Source: Gracilinanus agilis (lineage: Eukaryota). Taken from it: a stretch of 64,000 nt of DNA. The notes below the pieces were generated by a model. The model was not told the DNA's origin, ran no database searches, and saw only the letters and a program-made list of their open reading frames with translations. The DNA lies in the NCBI RefSeq assembly GCF_016433145.1, contig NC_058131.1, positions 653,406,628 to 653,470,627 on the forward strand. The letters are read 5' to 3'. The translations under genes were made by a program, and so were the position numbers. Each line of letters begins with the position of its first letter. Position 1 is the stretch's first letter. Below are positions 37,936 to 50,845 of this stretch, in pieces.

Positions 37936-38417
37936 AATGTTATTTTATGTTATGCTTGTTATGTTGTGGTGAGATATTATGTTGTGTTGTGATGTTATAT
38001 TATATCCTATCTTATCATATTATAACAATTGGCTACTGGATGGGCTGTTGTGGGGGTACTGATTGGAGCCTGCAAATAGGGGAACCAGTGCCTCCTGGAG
38101 CCACATCTCTGGGGTACTAGCCAGGCACCGGAGGGAACTCAGTGGTGCCGTTTGAGTTCTCTCAGCTGCCACTTTTCATCCACTGTAGGAGAAGATCCAG
38201 ATTTCTGCTTCAAACCATTTGCCTCCCCCTTTCCCCTACTACCCCAGATTGCATGTCAAGGGGAAATACAGCTGAAAGGAGACAGGAATAAAGCAATAGA
38301 TAAATGGAAATGTTTGCAAGTTACAAAGACCCTAATGGATTATTAGTCATGCTAAACGCCAACAATAAAGAACTAGATATCTTTTTGGGGGGGGTGCAGT
38401 GGGGAAGAGATGAGGTA

Positions 38418-38633
38418 GCGCAGCTAGGCAGCACAGTGGATAGTATACCAGTCCTAGAATCAGGAAGACTCATCTTTCTGAGTTCAAATCTGGCCTCAAA
38501 TACTTACTAGCCATGTGATCCTAGACTAGTCACTTAACCCTGGTTGCCTCAGTTTCCTCATCTGTAAAATGAGCAAGAGAAAGAAATGACAAACCACTCT
38601 ACTACCTTTGCCAAGAAAACTCCAAAATGAGTC
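38418..38633 (+). mobile_element. MAR1-type SINE
   Basis: cagctaggcagcacagtggatag...caggaagactcatctttctgagttcaaatctggcctca...ttgccaagaaaactccaaaatg. Confidence 0.9.
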
Positions 38634-41444
38634 CTCCCCCCAACAAATTTCCCTCTACCAAAATTCAGTGGGGTGGGGATAGAGGTGCTCTGGCTTTAGG
38701 CTCAAAAAGCTCGAGGTCATATTTTCAAGACAGACACTTAACTAATTGTGTGACCTTGAGAGAGTCAGTTAACTTCTTTAAATCAGTTTTCTCGTCTGAA
38801 AAATGTGGATCATGCTTCTGTTCATCTCCCAGGGTTGTTGGGAGGAAACTTAAAGAACACAATTATTATTAGTTATTTTATATTATATTTATTATATTAT
38901 CGGTTATTTTTTTGTCTAGATTTGTGATTTTACTGATACGAAGAACTCTCTGGAGTGGAAAATGCCTGCACCTATGCAAATCAGGAATTCATTTGCTTTG
39001 ATTTATACACCTACAGAGTTGCCTAGGGTACTCAGTGACTTACTCAAAATAACACAGTCAGTATGTGTCAAAGGCAGGATTTGAATCTAGCTCTTCCTAT
39101 ATCCAAAACTGGCCTATATCCACTATGCCAAGCTAACCCAAGTCATTGTCATTATCATTATGATTAGATGAAGAGTTTAGTAATTGAAAATAAAAACTGA
39201 GTAAATAAATATAATTAAAATAAAGTTTAATAAATGATTAGTTGAAAATTCTTCTAGTTTTCTTATTAAGGAATAGGCTATTAAGGGAATCTTGGTCTTC
39301 CTGTATCTGCTTCTCTAGCCCTCAGTTAAGCTTTTTTGAGCAGGGATAGGACTTCCCCCTGAAGTGGGCCCATTTAATCCTTTTTTATGGTAATCATTAC
39401 TTTAGAAAAGCTGTTCATGAGCCTGATAAAGTACCTACTCCTACACAGCTAACTTTCTTCAGAGTATAACAGAATTATTTTATTGTGGCACCTGGTTGAT
39501 AAAATAGATAAAGAACTGGGCTTGAAGTCAGGAAGACCTGAGGTCAAATCCTATCTCAGACATTTACTAGGACCATAAAACTGGGCAAGTCACTTAAACT
39601 TCTATTTGCCTCAATTTCCTCATCTGTAAAGTGGGATAATAATCACCTCTCTCCCTCACCCTGTCCTCTGTGTACCTCGTTGATATGTGTCAATATTCTT
39701 CTCCCAATCTCCCATGTCAACTAGATTACTATAATAACTGGCTCTTTCTATGCTACTCCCGGCATGACTTTCCTTCTAGAATTCATTAAAATTTTTATTT
39801 TATACCCTTAGCTCCTCTCACATAGGCTGATCTAATAGATATATCCTAGAACTACAGGGTGATAAACTTTGTCCTTGATGACAGATCTACTGACTCTAAC
39901 TTTTTCCCTATCTCAAGGTATTCGTTTATTCTGATGCTGGGGATCCTCTCTACAAAGACTGCATTCTAGAGATGTGTTTTTGCAATAGTTGTTTTAGTAG
40001 GCCTGGCAGAGGAGAAAGTTCCTTAGATTCTACCCTCCCATAATGGGAACCTGGGCAAGTCAATTAACTTTTTGGTACCAGTGTGATACTTCTCTTTATC
40101 TCCCAGACAGCCTGGTTCATCAAAAATAATTTCCTAGATGCCATTTATTAGGAAATTTTACATCTGGCCACAGAATGGTAGCATCACCAGTTGGGGGACC
40201 ATGATGGGGAATCTTGTGGGGCTTTAAAAATGGAGTTGATGAAGATGAAGGGGCAGAAGGGATGAGGAAGCAAGTTGGAGCTGGAGTCTGAGCAGAGAGG
40301 GGAGGGTGGCTTGTGGTGTAGTAATACTATGATGTCCTAACTACCTCAGGACCAGGGGCAGGGAATATCCCTAAATCTCTAGTGACTTATCCTTGATAGT
40401 TTTTCCCCAGGTCTCTTAGAGGCAGAAAGGACTGAACCTTAACCTTTTTTCTTTCTTTTTTTAACCAACTGGTTCATGGGTTGAAATTCTTCTCCAACAT
40501 ACTGAGAAAAAGGAGAGACTAGATTATAATCTCCAAGAAACCTGTAAGAGGATGCATGCATTTGTTTAGGTGGGAGGGAAGGGTTGTGGAAAGAATGGAT
40601 CTATTGCATAATTTCTACTTTGTTATTTACATTCTTTTTATATCTTAATGAATTGCTGTTCAATTTGTGACTTGTCTATAAGTAGAGAAGGCTGTCCTGA
40701 TAAGGATTCAGGCTATAATTTGCATAAACAATTACCAAATACTCCACATTGAGCCTGGGAGCAAAAAGTTTGAGAACCAAAATGGCAGGGGAAGGCAAAA
40801 ATACAAAGGACATCTACATCTCCCAGGACCCACTCCTCTCTGCCCTACATCAATAAAACTCTCTGCCTTGCATCCTACCACATTTTGCAATGGAGACCTT
40901 CCTATCCTAGGAAATCTTAAAGGACAGGCTAGATGACCACACGTTCTGTACATTGCAGCAGATTTCCTCCATCAGAGACCAACTAAATATTAATCATTGA
41001 GTGCCTACTATGTTTCAGGCAAAGGAGAGTTGGGCTAAGTGAATACAAAGGTCATTTTCAACCCTGTGATTTTCTGTTTCATTTAGGCATTGCTTTTATG
41101 GCACCACCCCAGGTAGTTCTGGGAGATAACAGAGATAGGTATCTTTTTGTTTTGGAAGTGCACCAGGGAAGAAGATAGAGTTTGACTAGCTGGCCTCTGA
41201 GATTTCTTCTAATTCTTTTTTTGAAATAGTTACAAAGAAATATGGAACTTTATTTAAAAAGAATTAAGTCATGTAGCATTTGTTAAGCACCTACTATGTT
41301 CCAGACACTGTGGTAAGCATTGGGATGTATAAAGAAAGGCAAAAACAGCCTCTGATCTCAAGGATCTCACAGTCTAGTGGGGGAGACAACATATGAACAA
41401 ACAAGATATAGACAGAACAAATTACAAATACTCTGCGAAGCCTT

Positions 41445-41670
41445 CTATTTATTTTTAAATAAATTCATTATTTATTGATTTTTAACATTTTTAAAAATTT
41501 TGAGCTTAAAAGTCTCTCCCTAATACTATTCCTTCTCCAACCTACTGAGATGGCAAGAAAAATGTAATATTGATTCTACATGTGAAATCATTCAAAACAG
41601 ATTTCTATGTTAGCCATATTACAAAAAATAAAAATGAAGAAAATTGAATAAAGCAAAAAAAAATGCTTTA
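41445..41670 (-). mobile_element. Old L1 3' end remnant
   Basis: ttttgagc...tctctccc...ctactgagatggcaag...acatgtgaaatcattcaaaacagatttctatgttagccatatt. Confidence 0.65.
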
Positions 41671-42387
41671 CAAGATGTCATGATTCTGAGTAATTAGAAA
41701 TAGATGGAAATGGAAATAGGGTTGTTCTAAGGAATTTGTCTTAAAACTTCAGTGTCCTTTCAAGAATTGAGCCTGGGCTGAGACACAGGTAGAAATAGGA
41801 TCCTTTCCAAAGGACTTTCTTACAAAAGTAAATTTCAGAAGCGATTATCTCCTCCAAAGAAAATAATATTAAGATAATTTTAGGAGAAAGTTGGTGCTAT
41901 CAGAGAATGGGAGAGCAAATAAAGAGTTGGAAGGTTGGAAGAGATGACATAGATTTGGGAGAAATCCTCAGTTTGACTCATTTATATATCTCCCCCAAAT
42001 TGAGTCTCCACATCTCCACTTTGAACAGTTTTTAACTTTTTTGCAATTAAATGTCTAAAAGCTAAAACAACTCAAAGGCCAGGGCTGGGGCTAGGACTGG
42101 GGCTGGGGCTGGGGCTAGAAGAGTGGCCAGACTGAGGATAATCAGCTCTGGCGACTAAGACTGCTAAGGTAGAACATGAGATCTGAAAAGGTCATGGATC
42201 AGAGGAAAAGTCTGGAGAGAGATTAGAAAGGTAGAAGGAAAGATAGTGGCAACAGAGAGGATGTGTGTGGTGAATGAGTGCAAGAATCTAAAGATAACAT
42301 TGAGTTGCAGACCAGGTGACAGGAAAGGTGGCAGAGCCCTTGGCAGTAATGTTAAAGTCATTTTTCAGTGGCAAAATTAGGATTCTA

Positions 42388-43016
42388 ATGCATTGTTGAT
42401 AGATAGAGTTGTGAACTGATTCAACCATTCTGGAAGGCAATTTGGAACTATGCCCACAGAGCTATGAAATTGTGTGTTCCTTTGATCTGGTAATACCATT
42501 ACTGAGTGTATCCCAAAGAGACAATAAAAAGGGGAAAAGGATATACTTGCATAAAAATATTTATAACAAGCCCTTTTGTAGAATTGTCAAAGAATTGGAA
42601 ATCGAGGGACTATCCATCAATTGGAGAATTGCTGAACAAATTATGGTATACATTGGTGATTGAATACTATTGTGCTATAGGAAATGATGAGCAAGATGAT
42701 TTCAGAAAAAGCTCAAAAGATCTGAAGGAACTGATGCAGAGTGAAATAAGCAGAATTGGGAGAATATTATTGTACACAATGACAGCAATATTGTACAATG
42801 ATTATCTATGAAAACTTGGCTATTCTCAGCAATGCAATGATCTGGGACAATCCTAAAAGACTTAAGATAGGGAATACTATCCACCTCCAGAATAAGAACT
42901 GTTGGAGTCATCTGTCACATCAGCATATTTATGGTTTTATTTTGGAGTTTGGGGTTATGTATATGTGTGCTCTTACAACAATGACCAATATGTAAGTGTT
43001 TTACATGACAATAAAA
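42388..43016 (+). mobile_element. L1 fragment encoding the frameshifted ORF2p C-terminus plus 3' UTR
   Basis: YPKETIKRGKGYTCIKIFI...KNWKSRDYPSIGELLNKLWY...EYYCAIGNDEQDDFRKSSKDLKELMQSEISR matches the marsupial L1 ORF2 C-terminal region. Confidence 0.93.
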
Positions 43017-43029
43017 TATTTTGTAAATA

Positions 43030-43255
43030 GTTATTTTTTAGTCCTATCTAACTCTTTGTGACCCCTTTGGGAGTTTTCTTGGCAAAAATACTGCAGTGGT
43101 TTGTCATTTCCTTCTCCAGCTTATTTTACAAATGAGGAAACTGAGGTGAACAGGGTTAAGTGACTTCCCTGTGGTCACACAGATTTAAGGGTCGGAGGCC
43201 AGATTTAAACTCGGGTCTTGTTGACTCCAGGCCCAGCACTGTATTTCTACTTTGC
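43030..43255 (-). mobile_element. MAR1-type SINE
   Basis: ttttcttggcaaaaatactgcagtggtttgtcatttccttctccagc...gactccaggcccagcact. Confidence 0.88.
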
Positions 43256-43807
43256 TATACCTTAACGATAATAGGGAAGTCTAAGAAGAATGGAGGGTTT
43301 TGTGGGAAAGATCATGAATTCTGTTATGGACACGATGAATTTGAGATTCCTGGGGAATATTTAGTTTGACATGTCCAAGAGATAAATGATGATGTGTGAC
43401 TTTAGTTCAGAGAGACTATGGCTGAATAAATATGCATTTGGAAATCATCTCCACAGAGGTGGTAATTATACCCAAAGGGCCAATGAGATCACCAAATGAT
43501 CTAATATAGAATGAAAAGGGAAGAGGGCCTGGGACAGAGCCTTGGGAGACCCCAATGGTTTGTGGTCATCATCTGGATGAAGATCCAGCAAAGGAGAGGA
43601 TCAGACAGCTAAAAGAACCAAGAAACTGGTATCCCCAAAGAGGCTGGATTAGACAATCTCTGAGGTTCTTCCCAGTCCCAGATCTATTATCCTTCATCCC
43701 ATCTTGATCTTCCAGTCCTCTCAGAACACCAGTGTTCTACCCCCTGTGACTGGGTCATTGGTATCACCACTGGATCTCCTAGAAATTCTGATCTATAAGT
43801 AAATTTC

Positions 43808-44170
43808 TTTTTTTTTTTAACCCTATCTTCTGTCCTAGAATCTATACTATCCAAGGGCTAGGCAAATGGGAGTTGAGTGACTTGCCCAGGATCATAGAGC
43901 TAGGAAGTTTCTGAGATCAGATTTGAGTCTCCAGGTCTGGAAAATCCTTAGAAGGAGAAAGGACTTTAAAGGTCACCAAGACCTGCCTGTGAATCCTTCT
44001 TACTACATCTAGTCTTTGCTTGAAATCTGTGTAGAAGGAGATGTCTATATATCCTGATATAACTTTGCATAGATCTTCAGGTGAGCACCCTTTAAAGATC
44101 CCTGTCATGTTTACCCTTGAATCTTCTCTTCTCCGGGCTAAGCATCCCCAATTCCTTGTATTGAGCTTAC
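43808..44170 (-). mobile_element. Truncated SINE1-like copy followed by an antisense CR1/L3 remnant
   Basis: SINE at about 43808-43935. CR1-like cttgaatcttctcttctccgggctaagcatccccaattcctt near 44120-44160. Confidence 0.7.
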
Positions 44171-44344
44171 TGATGCCACTCACATATCATCATTAACCCA
44201 ATTTAAAAAGGTGTTTTCTAGTGGCATCAGTGTTATAGACCATGCCCCAATTCTGGCCCTCCAAACTAACAAAACATGACCCCTTCATCAGCCCAGTGGG
44301 AATTAAGAAAAAGAGAAATTAGGACAGAATGAATCATTATTGTG

Positions 44345-45392
44345 AGGCAAGTTATAGTTCAGTGGATACAGTTATAGCACAATGAATAGAGTTCAGGAAG
44401 ACCTGAGTTCAAATTTTACCTTAGATAATTACTAGCTGTGTGACCCAAGATAAGTCCCTTAACTCTAACAGACTCAGTTTCTCCATCTATAACATAACGA
44501 TAATGATAGCATCTACTTGCCAGAGTTGTTTGGAGAACCAAATTTAAAAAAATAAGTAAAATCTTTTTAAAAAAAAATCTTACCTTCCATCATAGAATGA
44601 TTATTGTAAATTGGTTCCAAAGCAGAAGAGCAGTAAGGGCTAGGGCAATGAGAGTTAATAACTTTCCTAGGGTCACACAGCTAGAAAGTGTCTGAGGTCA
44701 TATTTGATCCCAGGACCTCCCATCTCTAAAATAAAATGTTTTGCAAAACTTAAAGTGCTCTCTAAATCCTACATGTCATTGTTATGTCTACATCTTGTAT
44801 TTTAATTGTTTAAAGTATTATTTTTTTAATATAAAATTTATCTTTTTGAGTTCAAAAATTTGTTTACAATTAACAAGCATTTATTTTCTCTCCAAATCCA
44901 TTCCTAGAGGAAAAAAAAATAAAGAAAAAATATCTCATAACAATTACTCAATTATTCATAATTAAACAAAACAAATTCCTCGATTGGCCATGGTCAGAAA
45001 TGTATACCACCATCTGCAATTTGAGTTTATCACCTCAGTCTCATGCCTTCATCATCATGCCTCTGCCATCATAGTGGGTCCTTGTATTGATTGTTGTTCT
45101 TAAGTCTTTCAGAATTGTTTGTCTTTGTTGTGGTGATTATTGTTGTTGTTTAGTCTTTTTCAATTGTTATTCAACTCTGTAACCTATTTGGGACTTTCTT
45201 GACAAAGATATTGGAGTGGTTTGCCAATTCCCTTTTCCAGCTTATTTGACAGGTTAGGAAACTGAGGCAAAGTTAAGTGACTTTCCCAGGGTCACAGAGC
45301 AAGTAAATATCTGAGGCCAGAATTGAACTTAGGAAGATGCGTTGCTCTGACTCCAGGTGCAGTGCTCTATCCACTGAGCCAGCTAGTTTCCT
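44345..45392. mobile_element. Cluster: MIR (+), SINE1-like (-), old L1 3' end (-), MAR1 (-)
   Basis: MIR at about 44345-44560, SINE1 at 44566-44728, L1-like at 44815-45130 and MAR1 at 45140-45392, each recognised by core or tail motifs. Confidence 0.75.
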
Positions 45393-46102
45393 CTGTCTTC
45401 ATAATGTCATTATTGTATAAATTAGTCTTCTAGCTCTCACTTTACTCTGCATTAACTCACCTGGAAAGTATCAGGCTTGTGCTTCTACTTATTTACTTAG
45501 CAACCGTCTTGTCACTATGACCACAAATTCTGGGAGAAGTATAGCGAGTCCTGAAACTAGGAAGAAATGAGATATTCCCCTCACTTCCCAAGACCAGACT
45601 CCCATATGCCTCTCTCATTTCTTGTCATTCACATGCCCATTTTTGTGACCACCCAAACCAATATCACTCTCCTATTAGAGGTGTTGTCTGCTTACTACTA
45701 TAATGTACCTTCCTTGGATTATCTCTCTTTTTATATTTATATTCCCAAAGCTTAACATAATGTCTGGTCCCCAGTATGCATTCAATCGATATTTTTCATT
45801 CATTCATTCATTTATTCATTTTGATAAACAGAGATGACATGGTAGAATGGATTGAATACAAGCCTAGGAATCAATAAGACCTCTGACATTTACAACCTGC
45901 ATATACAGTAAGGGAGTTACCTCTGAGCCTCAGTTTCCTCATCTGTAAAATGAGAGTCATAATATCTGAAACACCTCCCTCACAAAGGTGTGAGGCTCCA
46001 TTAAAATAATGGATGGCAAATTCTCTACAACCTCCTCTTTATAATGACTAGAGTTATTATTTATAAGTATAGAACATATATATTTGATATATATAATATA
46101 AT

Positions 46103-46292
46103 TATAGAATATATTTTCTATGGATATAATTATAGAATATATATTCTATGTATAGAATATATTTTCTATGGATATAATTATAGAATATATATTCTATTTG
46201 TAGAATATATTTTCTATGGATATAATTATAGAATATATTCTACTTATAGAATATATTATCTATGGATGTAATTATAGAATATATATCCTATT
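46103..46292. repeat. AT-rich ~48-bp minisatellite (4 copies) with internal palindromes
   Basis: Units start at 46103, 46151, 46199 and 46245. Consensus tatagaatatattttctatggatataattatagaatatatattctat. Confidence 0.95.
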
Positions 46293-47891
46293 TATAGAAT
46301 ACTATAGAATCGTATTTATAATTATAGAATAACAATTATTTATTTTTTATTAGTAGTAGTAGTAGTATGGGGAAATTCCAGTGAAGAAATTCCTTCGACT
46401 GATAGAGGTTTGGCACCTCCTCTGCAACTTACAGTCTCAGACTGTTAAATGACTTGCCCAAAGTCACACAGCCAAACTGAGTCAAAGTTATGTCTTGAAA
46501 TGAGATCATCCTAGCCTAAAACCCAGCTCTCTCTACCCTGTGCCATGCCACACACTTCTAAGTACTCTGTACGTGTAAGATAAAATTATAAATGGAAGCA
46601 GAGTGTTACAGACTCAAAATGTGACCACTGGCCAATATCCTAACTTTTTTGTTGTTCTGCATTATGATTGGCTCAGGAAAATGAGATGGAGGAAGTTTGG
46701 GAAGGGAGATGGATGGAAGAGAGAAAATGCCTGAGACAGTGAGGTCTTATCAGATAGAAGAAGACAGACTGGATCTTAGTCACCTCCTAGACAGTGTGTT
46801 TCCTGTTGATTTATGATATTTTCTCCCCTCTTAAAACCATGAAAACCTCAATTAGTCTTTAGATTCTGGCACATGAAAGACAAGCAGAAGGGATTCCACA
46901 GCAGAATGAAAGCCACCCACCTTAATTAAAAATGAAGCCTCAGTGACAGTCAGTGAGAGGAAAAGGGCAGCTGAAAACCAGGAGGCATATGAGAGGGTCC
47001 CCAAAATGGATTTCTGGAAAGAAATTCTGATCAAGCAATTACAAGAACGTGTACACCAGCCAGAATAGAGACAAGTGCTAAAAGCCCAAGCTAGAGAAGA
47101 GGCAATGATCGATCTCATTCACACTTAAAGAAGAGAATTGAAACTCAGTTCCTTCTGGAAGCTCGGGGTTTGATTAAGGGGAATGATGGGGGCTGGAGTT
47201 GTTTTGAAGTGGAATTTTTTTTGACCCAGGCCTTATGGATATGTGCGTATAAAAATATATATGTATGAAATCATACATACATATCTGTTTTTATACATGT
47301 GTGAACCCAAAGGAACTAATGAGGTTCCTCAAAGAAAGTACATAGAGGGAGAAGAGGGCCTGGGACAGATCTTGGAGGTATACTCCCAGTTAATGAACAT
47401 GATGTGGATACTTGGGTCATGTAGTAGCCAGAAATGGATCCAATACTTCTTGACTCATGGGCCATCACTTAATCTACTGTGCCATGGGTCACTCTCACCA
47501 CACCTTGTTGTAACGTGTTTAATAATGCTGATCATTAGAAAAAAATTCTAGTTTTTATTAAATTTCTGATTCAACAAAAATTGCTAAGAAAACTGGAAAG
47601 CAATCTGGCCAAAACTACATCAAGACCAACATCTCACACTATATGCCAAGATAAGATCCAAACTGGTAAGTGACTTAGATGTAGAGGTGACATGAAGAAA
47701 ATCAGAGGAGCAAGGAAGAATTTCTTTCTGTGATCTACAGCTAGGAGACCATCCATAAACAAGCAAGAATGAAAAGGCTCATAAAAGGGAAAATGGATCA
47801 TTTCGATTGCAAACCATTTTTTTACACAAAACAAAACCAGTGCCTGCCATCTGTTTCTGAATCTGACACCACTAGTGTAGAGGTAGACTCG

Positions 47892-48140
47892 CTTGCTGTT
47901 CAGTTGTTTTAGTCACTTCTGACTTTTTGAGACCTCATTTTGGGTTTTCTTTGCAAAGATAATAGAGTGACTGGCCATTTCTTTATCCAACTCCTTTTAC
48001 AGATGAGACACTGAAGCCGAGTTACATGATCTGCCCAGGTCACACAGCTAGGAAGTATCTGAAGCCAAATTTAAATTCATGAAAATGAGTCTTCCCAATT
48101 CCAAGCCCAATGCTCTATCCACTACACCACCTAATTGTCC
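47892..48140 (-). mobile_element. MAR1-type SINE
   Basis: ttgctgttcagttgtttt...gggttttcttgcaaagat...gaaaatgagtcttcccaattccaagcccaatgctctatccactacaccacctaa. Confidence 0.85.
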
Positions 48141-50104
48141 TATTCCACTTTGGAACAGCTCTAATTAAAAGATTTTTTTTTTTACATTAAACCTATCTCC
48201 TTGCAAATTCTACTAATTTCTCCTGTCTCTACCCTCTGAAACCACACAAAACAAGTCTAATCCTTCTTTCAGGACTTTCAAAATAATTGAAGCTAGTTAT
48301 CACTACTAGTACCCAGCCTCCATCACTCTGGCACCAAAGGATATGCGGGTATATCTGTCAGTGAAATAAATTTGTGAGAAGCTTTCAAAGGTAGAGGCAG
48401 TGTGGGGTACTTGATAGAAAACTGATCTTTGAAGTCTTTAGAAAGATCTGAGTCCAAGTATCATCTCTGACACATATTGGCTGTATTACCCTGGGCAAGT
48501 CACTTAACTTATTTTCTCAGGGTTTTAAGGATCAGATAAGAAAAAATAAATGTACTGCTCTGTAAATCTTAAGGAGCTATATACATGTGAGCTATTAATC
48601 AACTTCTTAGTATTTCAGGCAAGTCTCTTTGACTACAAATGGTAGAAAAGGTGCTGACACACATTGGCAGAGGGGATTTTCTCAGCAGGAAGCTCCCTAA
48701 ACCAAAGAAATTATAGGTCCTGCCACTATTCCTCTCTTAGATTAAATGACCTCTAAGATCCCTTTTAGCTAGCAGTCTAGGATTTTAATCAATCAATCAA
48801 CCCAGATTTTAATCCATCCATTAATCAACCAAACATTTATTAAGCCCTTTTTTGGCTCCTAGGGATAGAAAAACAGAAAGGAGATAGTCCCTGCCTCAAG
48901 ACAGAAGGGAGTATGTAAAATCTCTCTTTAGCTATAGGGCCAGGGTGGTTTTCAGAAGTTTAAGCAAGTAAAAGGGAGCAAAGAGCCGGAGGATGGGGCT
49001 GAGAGGTGATGGAGAGTTGATGATGCAGGGAAGGGTTCCAGGGACTACTCATGGAAATGTATGTTGCTGGAACAATATGGAATTCCATTGTGGAATTCCG
49101 GTTCCAGCACCTGGTCAACAACCAGGTTAATCAGGTCTTAAGCATTAAGTAGTGGTGGCTGGGAGGCATTCCTGTGACCTTTGTGGGAACATGGATCATA
49201 ACTAAGAGATATGGGACCATGAAAGCCTTGGAAATTTGATTGGCTGCTTCCCAATTTCAAGTTCCTACTTAGTGGACTTACTCTTGGTATCCTGAATTTT
49301 TTGAAGCCCCAGAACTCAGGTGTTATCCACCCCCAAACACATCCCCTGCCTCCTCCATCAAAACCCTCTGTATTTCCTCTGAGCAATCATCTGTCAGCAG
49401 TATATACCTTCCTGCAGAGAACATGTGGCTAATTACCTCCCTTGCTTCTGTAAGCTAACCTGAGGCAGCACGATTTTTCCTCTCAAATTTATATTCAGAA
49501 TTAATTTTTTAAAATAGCACTAGATGAAGAGAATTGAATATTTGAACTGTGTGTACCCTTGTTGCCTCCAGATGACTCAGCAAATGTTGAAAGGAAGAAA
49601 GAAAAGGCCTCCATAGCAATATTAAAATCACCCTAGAATTCATTGGGTTCTGGGGGTCACCTAGTGGTTAGAGAGCTAAACTTGAAGTAAGGAAAATCTG
49701 AATCCAAGCCCCGCCTCGGATATTTGCTAGCTGTGTGACCCTGAGAAAATCATGAGATCTCCCTCAGTCTCAGTTTCTTCATTTGTAAAAAGAAGGGTTA
49801 TTTTAAATATCAATTGAGATAACATGTACTCAGGCTCTGCAAAACTTAAAATTATATACATCTTAGTTATGATTATTATTACCATTATTATTATTATATA
49901 CTTCCTCCTTCCAGTTGTTATATTTTGAACTATAAAAAATAAAGGCATTGTATCCTCAGTGGAATTTAATAAGCAATAGAGAGGGGTTTTTTGCTAATGT
50001 GTACTTGTTTTTTATATGTTTGACATAATGTTCTAGCAAGTAAAATTACATTATAACAAAACTCATAGGAACCTCCTCATTATTTGTTTATAATAGAATT
50101 TCTG

Positions 50105-50345
50105 GGAAGGTAAGTGGCATAATGGTTAGAGTACAAGACCTAGAGCCAGGAAGACTCATTTTCATGAATTTGAATTTATTAGCTGTTTCACCCTGGCCAA
50201 GTCACTTAACCCTGTTTGCCTCATTTCCTCATCTGCAAAATGAACTGGAGAAGAAAACAGCAAACCACTCTAGTATCTTTGCCAAGAAAACCCCAAAAAG
50301 GGGTCACAAAGAATGGTACAGGACTGAAATGATCAAGCAACAACA
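50105..50345 (+). mobile_element. MAR1-type SINE
   Basis: gagccaggaagactcatt...gaactggagaagaaaacagcaaaccactctagtatctttgccaagaaaacccc. Confidence 0.88.
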
Positions 50346-50689
50346 ATAAACAGTAACGAGAGGATTTAATTATAATATACAAGTTTCTAGCAGAAGGGAA
50401 TGAGCTTTGGGTCCCCACTTCCCGGTTCCTTATACTACAAATTATATCCCCAGTTTATGAGACCAAGAGATGAAACAGCTTTCAACCAGACATTCATTCC
50501 AAAATGACTGATCATTCTTATTTGCCGATGTCTGTCCTCTTTCTGGTTCTTCTTATCCTTGACCTTCTGAAACAGTTTAAAACTGTTGGCAACCACCACT
50601 CTCCTTAATAATTCCCTTCCTATGATTTTTCTTTCCTGAATTTTCGTCTTAGCTCTCTGGCCAATCCTTCACTGATTCTCCCAGTATAG

Positions 50690-50845
50690 CAATATAAATA
50701 TAAACAATAATACTTATTTATTTTAATATATTCAATTTATAATTTATATAATTATATAATGCATCATTTATAATTGATTTAATTAATATAAAAATAATTT
50801 ATATATAATGAAAATAAAATAAAATAAAAAAGCTATATAAAACAA
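50690..50845. repeat. AT-rich low-complexity tract
   Basis: Nearly pure A/T sequence. Confidence 0.9.

Noticed and set aside
42442-42811. 101-aa and 73-aa ORFs
   Set aside because: Frameshifted L1 ORF2p C-terminus, not host genes.
49065-49109. Palindrome cluster: 9-bp inverted repeat enclosing ATGGAATTCCAT and a second TGGAATTCC
   Set aside because: Several 9-bp inverted repeats and 12-bp palindromes are expected by chance in 64 kb. The GGAATTCC sites lack the GGG of a canonical NF-kB site.
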